Source: a virus
IMG/VR virus record: IMGVR_UViG_3300022939_001737
Coordinates: 1 to 64,000 of that record
Strand: one strand, 5' to 3'
Length of the DNA: 64,000 bases
A program made the position numbers and the translations under genes. Shown here piece after piece: positions 1 through 8,699 of this stretch. The notes under the pieces were generated by a model. That model was not told the DNA's origin, ran no database searches, and saw only the letters and a list, made by a program, of their open reading frames with translations. How positions within the stretch are numbered: the stretch's first letter is position 1; each line of letters begins with the position of its first letter.

Positions 1-59
1 GCGGCTGTTGTAGCTCTAGCGCAGGCGGCTTCGCCGTTTTTGGGCTTAAACGCTTCGCG

Positions 60-383
60 CTATTGAGGTACTTCCGCGCCCATTACAACAACTGATATGT
101 CTGCTGTGGTTGATTCTACTACTAGGAATTCGCTTTGTGGCACAATGATGCCTGTGCGTTCTAGTGTATTGTGGGGAAGGATTTCTACAGCATACTCTAT
201 GATGTTTGCTACATCAATGGTGTTGTCTGTGGTACTTCCTGAAATAGTGATTTGAGCTGTGGCAGGACCTCTGTTGCAAACACTCACGCTCACTGTGGCA
301 TACTTTATGTCATTGGGTGCTTCATACACAGTTTCTGCTGTGTTTGCTGCTGCAACATCAACAGCACTCAGTCGTCCGTTCAT
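60..383 (-). CDS. small putative virion structural protein
   Basis: ORF track 60..404. Likely start is MNGRLS at 383, preceded by AAGGAGG. Beta-rich T/V/A composition resembles phage structural proteins. Confidence 0.5.
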   Translation of the reverse strand: MNGRLSAVDVAAANTAETVYEAPNDIKYATVSVSVCNRGPATAQITISGSTTDNTIDVANIIEYAVEILPHNTLERTGIIVPQSEFLVVESTTADISVVVMGAEVPQ

Positions 384-574
384 CGGTTTGCCTCCTTGAG
401 ACAACGAATTTTAGCACTCACAACTGCTGCACGAACATCTGGTTCTAGCGTTTCCAATAGGGGTTCTGCTGCGGATTCTTCATCTAGTGGAAAGGTTGCC
501 AACTGTGTGGGCACTTGTATACGGAACGTTGCTTTGTGTCGATCAGTAACAAATAGTGTTGTCATTTCAGTCAT
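380..574 (-). CDS. hypothetical protein
   Basis: 64-aa ORF tightly coupled to both neighbours, with GGAG upstream. Confidence 0.5.
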   Translation of the reverse strand: MTEMTTLFVTDRHKATFRIQVPTQLATFPLDEESAAEPLLETLEPDVRAAVVSAKIRCLKEANR

Positions 575-1020
575 ACTGGTTCTCCTTGTGTATTATTTAT
601 CGCAGGATATTCAAAATTTTGACACAGTTCATTTCGATCCACAAAGTGTGCTCCGTTGCGTATGTGAAAGCGTTCTGCCATTTCAGTTAGAGGTGATAGT
701 GTTACCCAACGGCTCACACTAGGTGTACGTTCACTAATAGCACGTTGAGCGCCAAATATGATGTCTCTACCTGCACCTCGATCATAACTCCAAACAGTGT
801 AGAACACACATACATCTTCACCTACACAATCTAGATCCTGTTCGTTCTGTGGTACTCTGTCACACAGTGCTGTACACACTACACTTCGAACAGTACCGTC
901 TGTGCCTTCTAATATCCACACAGTTCTTCCGTTGCGCACCCGTTGTTCAAAAGGTATATGTGGGCGCACAGGATCATCGTCTATCAAATATTGTTCGTTT
1001 GCTTTAATCGTTCTCAACAC
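571..1020 (-). CDS. hypothetical protein, possible degenerate GNAT fold
   Basis: FYTVWSYDRGAGR and TEMAERFHIRNGA resemble GNAT motifs A and B. Overlaps the end of the DnaE-like gene. Confidence 0.45.
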   Translation of the reverse strand: MLRTIKANEQYLIDDDPVRPHIPFEQRVRNGRTVWILEGTDGTVRSVVCTALCDRVPQNEQDLDCVGEDVCVFYTVWSYDRGAGRDIIFGAQRAISERTPSVSRWVTLSPLTEMAERFHIRNGAHFVDRNELCQNFEYPAINNTQGEPV

Positions 1021-2650
1021 GTTTGTACCATTCTCCCAGTGTATAAAGTTTTTGATCTGTACACTGTATGTAGTCTGAATTGTTTGAATGGCGTATCGAA
1101 CCTGAACCTACAACTACATCTCCGTCACGATATGCAAACGGACGTTGTATTGTTACGTCTATGTATTCACCGTAGTCGGTGCCCAATGTAAGGAATGTTA
1201 CCCAACGATTGCCACGACCACGGAATACTCTACCATTGGCAATAACACCTGCAAAGTCCACACGTTCAAGGAAGTTTGATCTTACTCCGCAGCCGGGAAT
1301 AAATCCCTGTTGCCACCATCCTGGTTTGGTGTCTATTCCTTTGCGATGCGCTTCGCATTGATATACCCACGGTTTGTAGGAGCCTTGACAGTGTCGGAGA
1401 TTTGCTCTCCAGAATTCTTCTGGTTTGTGTGCTTTGCAGTAGGCCAAGGCCCATATGAGCCGTCCAAGATTAACTGCGTGAGCTCTGCATAAACCAAAGC
1501 CGCTGAGTTCTTGCAGGGCTGCCATAGCTTCTGCTTTGCGTGGGTTGTTGCCCAGCCTTTCAACAAATTCAAGTATCTTTTCATCGTTCTTTTTAGCAAA
1601 TGCTCTCCTATACATATCAGCTTCATACATATCAACGCCGATAATGTTTGATATAATATCAATAGCATCGTCTTCGAATACTATCGAGTCTTGTACTGCT
1701 TCTTGTGACCAGTCTTGAAATACTGCGGCCTTTTGTCTGCCGCTCATAGCAACTGGTCTTATCATTGCTGTTGCAAACACACAGTCATATACTGACGTAG
1801 GTTGTATAGCTCTAAATAATCTACGCATAGCAGGGCTTTCTCCTTGTGTTACGCCTAGTACATCGCCTCTAGCTAGTAAGGCTGCTGTACGGTCGTCGTA
1901 TGCAGGATAATCCGCCAATGCAGTGTCAGGATCTATCTCTAGTAGTTGTGATAGTCCACGGTTTGCAAGTATGTCTACCTTGAGGTGTTCAAGGTCTTCT
2001 ACTTCGTGTTTGTCAAGTAGTATTTGGTTGTCTTGTGATATTAGTGATTTAGGTAATTGCCTAGTGAACATTACGATGCCTCCACAGTGTTTTGATATTG
2101 CTCGCTTCTTGCCTATGAGCTTGCGTTCTATACGCTTCGCTTCTGTAGGATCAACTCCTACTGATTCATATGTAAAGTTGCGTGGTAAATTACCTGTGGC
2201 TCCGAGTCGCTTTGCAGCTTCTCGGCGGGCTGACTTCTCCTTATAGGTCACGTAGTTGCTTAACCTTGCCGTTTTGCCTGGCCACTTTTTGAAAATGCGT
2301 TCCATTACTTCTGTTTGACGCCAATGTTCAAAGTCTATATCAACATCGGGCAGGTCGTCCCTTAAAGGATTCATAAACCGTGCCACAGGTATGTTCCACT
2401 CAATTGGGTCTACATCTGTAATACCCAACAAGTAGCACACAAGACTTGAACCCGCCGAACCTCTAGTCATATGAGTAAGGTCTTGGGTTAGGTCAATGAT
2501 GTCACAAATTTGAAGGAAGTAATCAGTGAAACGCTGGTTCAGGATGAGCTCAAATTCTTCTGCCAGACGATTTTGATATTCGGGTCCGGGTGGGACAGGC
2601 CTAATAAATCTATCTAATAGCCTTTGTATGTTTTCTAAATCTGTTGCCAT
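1004..2650 (-). CDS. dnaE: DNA polymerase III alpha-like (C-family) protein lacking the PHP domain
   Basis: Motifs RGSAGSSLVCYLLGIT, PDVDIDF, SKHCGG, LKVDIL, GVTQGES, MIRP, GFGLCRAHA, and a C-terminal OB-like FLTLGTDYG. Confidence 0.9.
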   Translation of the reverse strand: MATDLENIQRLLDRFIRPVPPGPEYQNRLAEEFELILNQRFTDYFLQICDIIDLTQDLTHMTRGSAGSSLVCYLLGITDVDPIEWNIPVARFMNPLRDDLPDVDIDFEHWRQTEVMERIFKKWPGKTARLSNYVTYKEKSARREAAKRLGATGNLPRNFTYESVGVDPTEAKRIERKLIGKKRAISKHCGGIVMFTRQLPKSLISQDNQILLDKHEVEDLEHLKVDILANRGLSQLLEIDPDTALADYPAYDDRTAALLARGDVLGVTQGESPAMRRLFRAIQPTSVYDCVFATAMIRPVAMSGRQKAAVFQDWSQEAVQDSIVFEDDAIDIISNIIGVDMYEADMYRRAFAKKNDEKILEFVERLGNNPRKAEAMAALQELSGFGLCRAHAVNLGRLIWALAYCKAHKPEEFWRANLRHCQGSYKPWVYQCEAHRKGIDTKPGWWQQGFIPGCGVRSNFLERVDFAGVIANGRVFRGRGNRWVTFLTLGTDYGEYIDVTIQRPFAYRDGDVVVGSGSIRHSNNSDYIQCTDQKLYTLGEWYKRVEND

Positions 2651-2681
2651 TTTAGCCTCTTGCTTGTCTTTGTATGCCTAG

Positions 2682-2709
2682 TGCGCAATACATTGCGCAA
2701 GAGTATTTA
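2682..2709 (-). promoter_or_regulatory. late-type TAAATA box followed by an inverted repeat in the dnaE-like leader
   Basis: TAAATA on - at 2704-2709. Inverted repeat TGCGCAAT-ac-ATTGCGCA at 2682-2699. Confidence 0.5.
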
Positions 2710-2719
2710 GCATCGAGAT

Positions 2720-4147
2720 TTATTCGTCTCCTAAATTATTGAGAAATTGTCTTAGTTTTGTTGAATCTGTTTGGGCACGTATTTTACCTACAGTATCACC
2801 CTCAGTTGGATCTTCTCGTTGTTGTCCTTCTTCTATAGGTGCGCCACTACTGCGTTTGATTTGATCAAACACGGTTGACTTACGTTTGTTAAACTCTTGA
2901 TACTCTTCATCCTCTCCTAAGTCTCTAATACGCAAACTGTCTACATCAAACTCTAAGTCGATCTTTTGTCCAACGCCACTTGAACTTCTAGTCTTCATTA
3001 GCTGTATTTGATAGCGTCCACGTTCACGCATTGCTCTACTTGTAAAGATACCGATTAAGTTATCTGCTGTATTGATCTTTGAAATACCACCTGAGATATG
3101 CGAATGATCAAACTCAATCTCTTCAACCGAACTCCTGTTCAACTGCGATGCTGTTACAAACAAACAGTTCAGTTCCATAGCCAAGTTACGTAGTTCTTCT
3201 GACACATACTTGTCTTTAACAAACAAGTTCTCTGCACTAATCTTAGCTGCTATCGGATGCATCAAGTCCAAATAGTCTACAAGCAATACGTCTACCTTCT
3301 TGCCTGTTTTGATCTCATATTCTTTCAAATAACTTCTAATGTCATTTGCGTTCTTGCCAGTGGGCATATACTTGACCTGGAATGCACCTGACTTTTTGCC
3401 AATCATCTTTACTTTCATTTCAACATCGTCAATGCTCTTAAAAACATCACGACTTGGAATATCTGTAGTCATTGAATCAAGCCGCATACTAACTAGATTC
3501 TCTGAAAGCTCAAATGTCAAGTAAATTACGTTCATACCTGCTAGTGCCCAGTTCACGCCCAAGTTAGCCAAGAACAAACTCTTACCCGAACCTGAACCAC
3601 CTGCAAAGATATTAAGCTCACCTCTGTTAAAGCCACCAAACAGTTTCTTATCTAGTGCCGGCCAACCTGTGCTTACTTGTCCGTTTTTGTCTTTGATTGC
3701 TTCTAGTCTACTTCTAGGATCTGCAAAGTAGTCTGTACCTAGATCTTTTTGCAAACCAATCTGTACTGCTTTCTTAACCAAATCCTCAACCGGACCATAC
3801 TCCCCTTTTTCCAACAGATCTGCGCTAGTAAGGATGGCCGCTTCCAAAGCCTTGTGTCTGGAGAATGTTTCAAACTCCTGAAGTAGCCAGTCATAATGAT
3901 TCTCCTGTAGTTGCCCTGGGTCTTTTAAGTTGCTGTCTGTAGCAGCATTAATCATTTCAAATGTAGGAAGTGCATTATGTTCTGTTACATAATCATTTAA
4001 AAATTTTGCAGGTGCTTGCAACTTTCGGTCAAACGTGTCTGGATTAAACACAGCCTGACAGCGAACAAACGACTCTGCATCTGTTAACATCATTTCAAGA
4101 TATACTTTTTGTATATCATAACCGTAATCTGTATTTTGTCTTGTCAT
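2720..4147 (-). CDS. replicative DnaB-family helicase (T4 gp41-like)
   Basis: Walker A GGSGSGKS, Walker B LLVDYLD, TASQLNR, MKTRSS. Probable start MTRQ at 4147 (ORF track starts 4183). Confidence 0.92.
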   Translation of the reverse strand: MTRQNTDYGYDIQKVYLEMMLTDAESFVRCQAVFNPDTFDRKLQAPAKFLNDYVTEHNALPTFEMINAATDSNLKDPGQLQENHYDWLLQEFETFSRHKALEAAILTSADLLEKGEYGPVEDLVKKAVQIGLQKDLGTDYFADPRSRLEAIKDKNGQVSTGWPALDKKLFGGFNRGELNIFAGGSGSGKSLFLANLGVNWALAGMNVIYLTFELSENLVSMRLDSMTTDIPSRDVFKSIDDVEMKVKMIGKKSGAFQVKYMPTGKNANDIRSYLKEYEIKTGKKVDVLLVDYLDLMHPIAAKISAENLFVKDKYVSEELRNLAMELNCLFVTASQLNRSSVEEIEFDHSHISGGISKINTADNLIGIFTSRAMRERGRYQIQLMKTRSSSGVGQKIDLEFDVDSLRIRDLGEDEEYQEFNKRKSTVFDQIKRSSGAPIEEGQQREDPTEGDTVGKIRAQTDSTKLRQFLNNLGDE

Positions 4148-4153
4148 ATTGTA

Positions 4154-4183
4154 ATTATACTTTCTGATACCATATATTGTCAA
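4154..4183 (-). promoter_or_regulatory. sigma70-type promoter for the helicase
   Basis: TTGACA (4183-4178), 18 nt, TATAAT (4159-4154), 6 nt, ATG. Confidence 0.65.
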
Positions 4184-5123
4184 GTGTTGTTTTTTGTTTT
4201 GTCTTTGCTAATACTGCACCGATACACGATCCCGGATCACCAGGATTAGTAGGAACCCATACATTATTCCAACGTGGTTTAATTTTTTCAACTGCCTGTC
4301 TATTAAGTGCGCCGCCACCTGCTAATGCTATGTTAGAGCTACCTGTTTCTTTGCGAGCCCATTCACTTAGGTTCATTAAACAGTACTCAAATATTGCTTG
4401 GGTGGTTGCTGCTATATCGTATATATCCTGCTGGCTACACAACCCAGGACGCCACCAATTGCATCCCCTGTGTAAATTTTCGTGTAGGGTAACTTTAGGG
4501 TCTACACCTAAGCCTTGCATTGATATAATCTCATCCCACATTACTTTGAACAGTCTTTCTTTGCTACCTTTTTCTGCATACTGTGCCACTAGATATTCGT
4601 CACGTTGTGCTTGTAACCCCATACGTTGTGTCATAGCACTGTAGAAAAGTCCTAGGCTATGTGGATACCCTTGTGAATGTATCTTCTTAAGTCGATTGTT
4701 CTTGCCGTGCCATATGGTCAGGGTCTCAAATTCTCCAATACTGTCTAAGCATATAACAGCACAATCGTCATAGGGCTGAGTGTAATAAGCATAAGCAGCG
4801 TGTGAAAGATGGTGTTGGGTATACAAAATGGGACAACATATATTATATTGCTTTAGATAACTACGTATATTATTTTCTTTAAGTAACCAACCCTGGCCTG
4901 CATACAGCTGACGTAGTGTTTTTAATAGGGGACGTTCGTACCATATAACTTGCTCAGGTACTCCGTATTTGTCTAGGGCATATGCAATCTGTTCTTTATT
5001 ATGATTAGGGTCATTAGCAATGCCTGAGAAATCTTTTGATAGACTTGCCCATAGCAGTTTGTCACCTTTAAAAATTCCTAGGCTAGCATCGTGACTGTTA
5101 CCAACCATTCCCCAAATAATCAT
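4155..5123 (-). CDS. carbamoyltransferase N-terminal (Kae1-like) domain only
   Basis: SHDAS, HHLSHA, DSIGE, SLGLFYS, LAGGGALN, PGDPGSCIGA. Ends before the C-terminal YrdC-like domain. Confidence 0.85.
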   Translation of the reverse strand: MIIWGMVGNSHDASLGIFKGDKLLWASLSKDFSGIANDPNHNKEQIAYALDKYGVPEQVIWYERPLLKTLRQLYAGQGWLLKENNIRSYLKQYNICCPILYTQHHLSHAAYAYYTQPYDDCAVICLDSIGEFETLTIWHGKNNRLKKIHSQGYPHSLGLFYSAMTQRMGLQAQRDEYLVAQYAEKGSKERLFKVMWDEIISMQGLGVDPKVTLHENLHRGCNWWRPGLCSQQDIYDIAATTQAIFEYCLMNLSEWARKETGSSNIALAGGGALNRQAVEKIKPRWNNVWVPTNPGDPGSCIGAVLAKTKQKTTLDNIWYQKV

Positions 5124-5326
5124 ACAATAATATCTACCTTTGGCATATGTGGATTATGTTTTACTTCTTGACCTTTTGAATTGTAGGAAGTAAAGACAAC
5201 TTCTTCAACTCTTGTTTGTCCTCTTTCTTTGATATGACGCACGTGAATTTCTGTATCTACTTTAGGCGTAGAGAACGTTTGAGTATAGTAACTTAATACT
5301 TGGTATGGTCCTAAGTTTTCTATCAT
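5120..5326 (-). CDS. hypothetical protein
   Basis: 68-aa ORF with ATGA overlaps to neighbours. Confidence 0.55.
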   Translation of the reverse strand: MIENLGPYQVLSYYTQTFSTPKVDTEIHVRHIKERGQTRVEEVVFTSYNSKGQEVKHNPHMPKVDIIV

Positions 5327-5460
5327 TTATATATAAATGGATCTCTTTTCTTGAGTTCCTTAATTTTACGTCTATAAGCAATTTCTTCTTTTATCTTATA
5401 GTACGGCCAAGCAATCCAACTCCATATCTTTTTTAGGATCTTTTTTATTTTGTGAACCAT
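5323..5460 (-). CDS. small basic protein (45 aa), absent from the ORF track
   Basis: Manual translation MVHKIKKILKKIWSWIAWPYYKIKEEIAYRRKIKELKKRDPFIYK. Fills the gap and overlaps both neighbours. Confidence 0.65.
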   Translation of the reverse strand: MVHKIKKILKKIWSWIAWPYYKIKEEIAYRRKIKELKKRDPFIYK

Positions 5461-6446
5461 TTTTTTGCTCTCAGTCTTATTTTCAAAGGCGACTCTTCTG
5501 ATTGTGTAGCAATACTATGTAACGTATACAATCTACCATAACGTTGTACTGCATCTCCTATATCGTTAATATCATCTGCCCATTCAGGCATTGAAACAGA
5601 ATATCCTAGTTCAATAGCTTGCTCTACTAATTTGCTGCCAGCTTTGTCTCTATCAGGTACAACAATTATTTCCTTCTGTAGCTTATTTAGCAGCAGTGAT
5701 TGTTGGTCAGATATTTCACTGCCTCCTAGCGCACATCCTTCTACGTGTAGTGCATCTATTTGTCCTTCGCAAACAATAGCAAATACTTTGTTATGTCGTT
5801 GTTCGTCTAGGTTAAACACATAGCCAGGTTGCACTTCTGTTAAGTATTTAGGCTTCTTATCTGGTGTGATAGCACGAGCAGTCCAGCCTACTATTCTACC
5901 TTCATAATAGAAAGGAATAATAAGCCTATCACGATAACCTAAACTAGGTGACCAATGATAGTCAATGTCGTCTATACGTAGATTGCGTTCTAGCATATAC
6001 TGAAACACATTTACCATACGCTCTGGTATAGTACCTGGCTCTGCCCATTGATAGTCTGCAAGTCTAACAGCATCTTCTGGCAACGGTACAGAGTCGAACG
6101 TGGGCAGTTGAGCAATACGTTCTAGTGCTTCAACGCCCTCGTTCTCTCGCATCACATCAAGTGCCACCTTGTTGATTATATCGTCAGGCGCTCCCATCCA
6201 TTGATAGAGCCTTCGCATCTTGTGTGAAAAGTTACGCCCAGGTTGCCACGAGGCTTTGAAACCACAGTTAAAACAATGATAACTTACACCTCCGTCAGGA
6301 TTGCTTATTAGTCCTCCTCGGCCTCTATTATCAGCTGAGTGGCCGTTGTGATGGCAACAGGGCGCATTGAATGATAGCCAGCCGCTAGGAGTTTGTTTCC
6401 TCTTAGCAGGCAGGTATGTCAGAACTGATTCGGCTACTACACTCAT
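5445..6446 (-). CDS. DNA primase (T4 gp61/DnaG-like)
   Basis: Zn-binding CC...HCFNC, IIPFY..GRIVGWTAR, PKYL, TOPRIM CEGQIDA and PDRD. Confidence 0.9.
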   Translation of the reverse strand: MSVVAESVLTYLPAKRKQTPSGWLSFNAPCCHHNGHSADNRGRGGLISNPDGGVSYHCFNCGFKASWQPGRNFSHKMRRLYQWMGAPDDIINKVALDVMRENEGVEALERIAQLPTFDSVPLPEDAVRLADYQWAEPGTIPERMVNVFQYMLERNLRIDDIDYHWSPSLGYRDRLIIPFYYEGRIVGWTARAITPDKKPKYLTEVQPGYVFNLDEQRHNKVFAIVCEGQIDALHVEGCALGGSEISDQQSLLLNKLQKEIIVVPDRDKAGSKLVEQAIELGYSVSMPEWADDINDIGDAVQRYGRLYTLHSIATQSEESPLKIRLRAKKWFTK

Positions 6447-6452
6447 AGTATT

Positions 6453-6481
6453 ATTATAGCGTAGTTGCTAATTTATGTCAA
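6453..6481 (-). promoter_or_regulatory. consensus sigma70 promoter for the primase
   Basis: TTGACA (6481-6476), 17 nt, TATAAT (6458-6453), 6 nt, ATG. Confidence 0.8.
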
Positions 6482-7267
6482 TCAATTTCTTACTAAAATT
6501 TTTGTAATTTTATCAGCAGGATTTGAATTTGCTTTGAATCGTAAATGACTAAACACACCGTTGAAATTTACTGGTAACGGTTCTGTTTCTGTACCGCTGA
6601 ATGTCATTGTTGCAATGTCTGCCCAGTTAGTGCTTTCGGTTACTTGATTATCTAGTGTTGCTTGTACTACTATATTACCTACATAAGAACTAGTATACGC
6701 CGCTGCGGTATGTAGTGCTTCATTACCGTTTATACCAGGTTGAGCATCAATTGTTTCTGATATCCACTGATCTGTACCTACTTCTGTTTGTTCAAATTGT
6801 GTAACTTGATACGTTGCAAGAGGTCCAGGAAATGTTTTTGCATTTACATAAATTGTTGCATCGTTGTCAAAATTACTATGATTGTATGTCAATACTTTAT
6901 TGCTATCTGCATCAACCAAATAAATGTTATAGGAAAGAAATTGTTGCTTTATATTAAGTAATTCATTTTCTGTTATAGTAACACTGAACTTGCCTTTGAT
7001 TTCGCTCGAACCGTCGTCTTGCACAACTCCGTCCTTTTCGATTACTAACACTTGATTTTCATCGTATGCAACAAACTTGGGAGTATAATTTGTCATTGGT
7101 ATTGGACGCTGATCTGCGTTATATAATCTAAAATCTAAGACATTATCTATGCCTTTAAAAACTTGTAATTGTCTACTGTACACTGGTCTATACTCCACTA
7201 TGAATCCGCTTTCATTTGAACGAAGCTTGGTTAAATTTGAGACTAAATATCTAGGTGTTAGTTGCAT
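6482..7267 (-). CDS. hypothetical protein, probably late/virion
   Basis: Beta-rich ORF. Probable start MQLTPR at 7267, 4 nt after TAAATA (7272-7277). Confidence 0.6.
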   Translation of the reverse strand: MQLTPRYLVSNLTKLRSNESGFIVEYRPVYSRQLQVFKGIDNVLDFRLYNADQRPIPMTNYTPKFVAYDENQVLVIEKDGVVQDDGSSEIKGKFSVTITENELLNIKQQFLSYNIYLVDADSNKVLTYNHSNFDNDATIYVNAKTFPGPLATYQVTQFEQTEVGTDQWISETIDAQPGINGNEALHTAAAYTSSYVGNIVVQATLDNQVTESTNWADIATMTFSGTETEPLPVNFNGVFSHLRFKANSNPADKITKILVRN

Positions 7268-7287
7268 AATGTATTTATCGGAATAAA

Positions 7288-7656
7288 ATGTTAACAAAAG
7301 ATATACAAGAAAATTTTCCGTTCTTAAGTGTGGTTACTTATGGGGGTAACGAATATATCGGTATCATCATTAATCAGGATCAAACAGTAACATCAATGTA
7401 TGTTTACACAGATTTAAAATCAAAAAAAGAACAAAGTCAATTTTTAGAATTAGGAGATATATGGTGGTGGGAGTCAAATAGACTCATTCCTATTAATATA
7501 TTTCTAAGAAAAGAAATGGACCAATTTAAATATTCTATAGTTACAATGAACTCTAAAGATGTTAAGATAACAATTGGACCTGTTGTTAATCTCAATAATT
7601 TAGCTGTAAAGCGTGTAAAGCGCAGAAGTGTACAGCTAGTAAGAAAACCTAAGTAG
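7288..7656 (+). CDS. hypothetical protein
   Basis: 122-aa ORF occupying an otherwise empty gap. Contains WWWESNR.IPIN. Confidence 0.7.
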   Translation: MLTKDIQENFPFLSVVTYGGNEYIGIIINQDQTVTSMYVYTDLKSKKEQSQFLELGDIWWWESNRLIPINIFLRKEMDQFKYSIVTMNSKDVKITIGPVVNLNNLAVKRVKRRSVQLVRKPK

Positions 7657-8209
7657 TAAATTCTTCACACAATAAATTCATATGTATTACTACAGCCATT
7701 GCGTAACTTATTGCGTGTGCTTTCTTAAAGTAATAGCTACCGTCTTCGGGTTTTTTCCAAACTTCTGTTAGTATCGTTTGCCAAGTTTCGTTGACAAGAT
7801 GCCTCTTCGCAGGACGTATCATCGCTAGGACTGCTGCTAGTTGTTCTACTGATTTGGGTTTCGTTTGCTGTAGAATTGTACTGTGTTCGCCTACGTGAAA
7901 TAAGTTGTTGCTGAATTCTGGCTCTGTTAATAAATCCCATAATGGTTCCTTATCCATAAGTTGTTGTAGATGTTCGTTACTCTTAACGTTTTTATAAATG
8001 CTTACATTTAAAAAATCTAATTTAAAATAGCCTCTATCTTCTGCTGTTTTATGTTCGATTGTTGATAAGTTGTCAATAGGATTATGTGGAATTTCTGTTA
8101 CATAAATTCCTGTATTGTGTTTCTTATCTGTATCTAATTTTGCCACACGGTGTTGTATCTTGTCTAGTATAACACTGCGATCTGCAAAGTCGATATCAAT
8201 ATCAGGCAA
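7649..8209 (-). CDS. miniature DnaE-like protein (palm/fingers core, 186 aa)
   Basis: Begins MPDIDIDF. Contains HNTGIYV, GYFKLDFL, LAAVLAMIRP and YYFKKAHAISYA, which are DnaE motifs in collinear order. Confidence 0.85.
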   Translation of the reverse strand: MPDIDIDFADRSVILDKIQHRVAKLDTDKKHNTGIYVTEIPHNPIDNLSTIEHKTAEDRGYFKLDFLNVSIYKNVKSNEHLQQLMDKEPLWDLLTEPEFSNNLFHVGEHSTILQQTKPKSVEQLAAVLAMIRPAKRHLVNETWQTILTEVWKKPEDGSYYFKKAHAISYAMAVVIHMNLLCEEFTT

Positions 8210-8699
8210 GATGCTTCTCCAATTTACGTGCTTTTTTTGTAGCCATATCCCATTTTATTTTTGATACACGATCTTTAAACGTTATGCCGTGTAAATGATC
8301 CCATTCGTGTAAGTAACATTTTGCACTATACCCTTCAATTTTTACAACCTGTTCTTCTAAATTCTCATTGTACCATTTTGCAAGTATTTCTTTTGGACGT
8401 TTTACTTTGACAAAAATATTAGGAAAGCTTAGACATCCTTCAACATCTAAAATAGTTTCTGATGTATACTGTAGAACAGTTGGATTAATACAAATAGTAC
8501 TATTCTCTAAGCTGTCGCCCATAACAAATACTTGTGCATCTAAACCAACTTGATTTGCGCTCAGGCCAATACCATTACTAGATAACATTAAGTCTACCAT
8601 TTCTTTTTTTAGTTCAGCAGGGTCAAATGTAGGGTTTTCTAAATCAACTTCTGCAACTTGCTTGTCTAAAAACGGATCTGGATAGTAAACTAAATTCAT
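8202..8699 (-). CDS. def: peptide deformylase
   Basis: All three PDF motifs: GIGLSANQVG, EGCLS, HEWDHL. Confidence 0.95.
   Translation of the reverse strand: MNLVYYPDPFLDKQVAEVDLENPTFDPAELKKEMVDLMLSSNGIGLSANQVGLDAQVFVMGDSLENSTICINPTVLQYTSETILDVEGCLSFPNIFVKVKRPKEILAKWYNENLEEQVVKIEGYSAKCYLHEWDHLHGITFKDRVSKIKWDMATKKARKLEKHLA

Noticed and set aside
4155-5123. Frameshifted pseudogene of a carbamoyltransferase
   Set aside because: No C-terminal domain remnant follows. The helicase gene and its promoter begin immediately, and catalytic motifs are intact.
1004-8209. Split-intein DnaE as in cyanobacteria
   Set aside because: No intein N-terminal (C/S-start block) or C-terminal HN-C motifs. The two ORFs overlap in domain content (both have PDxDxD), so they are not complementary halves.
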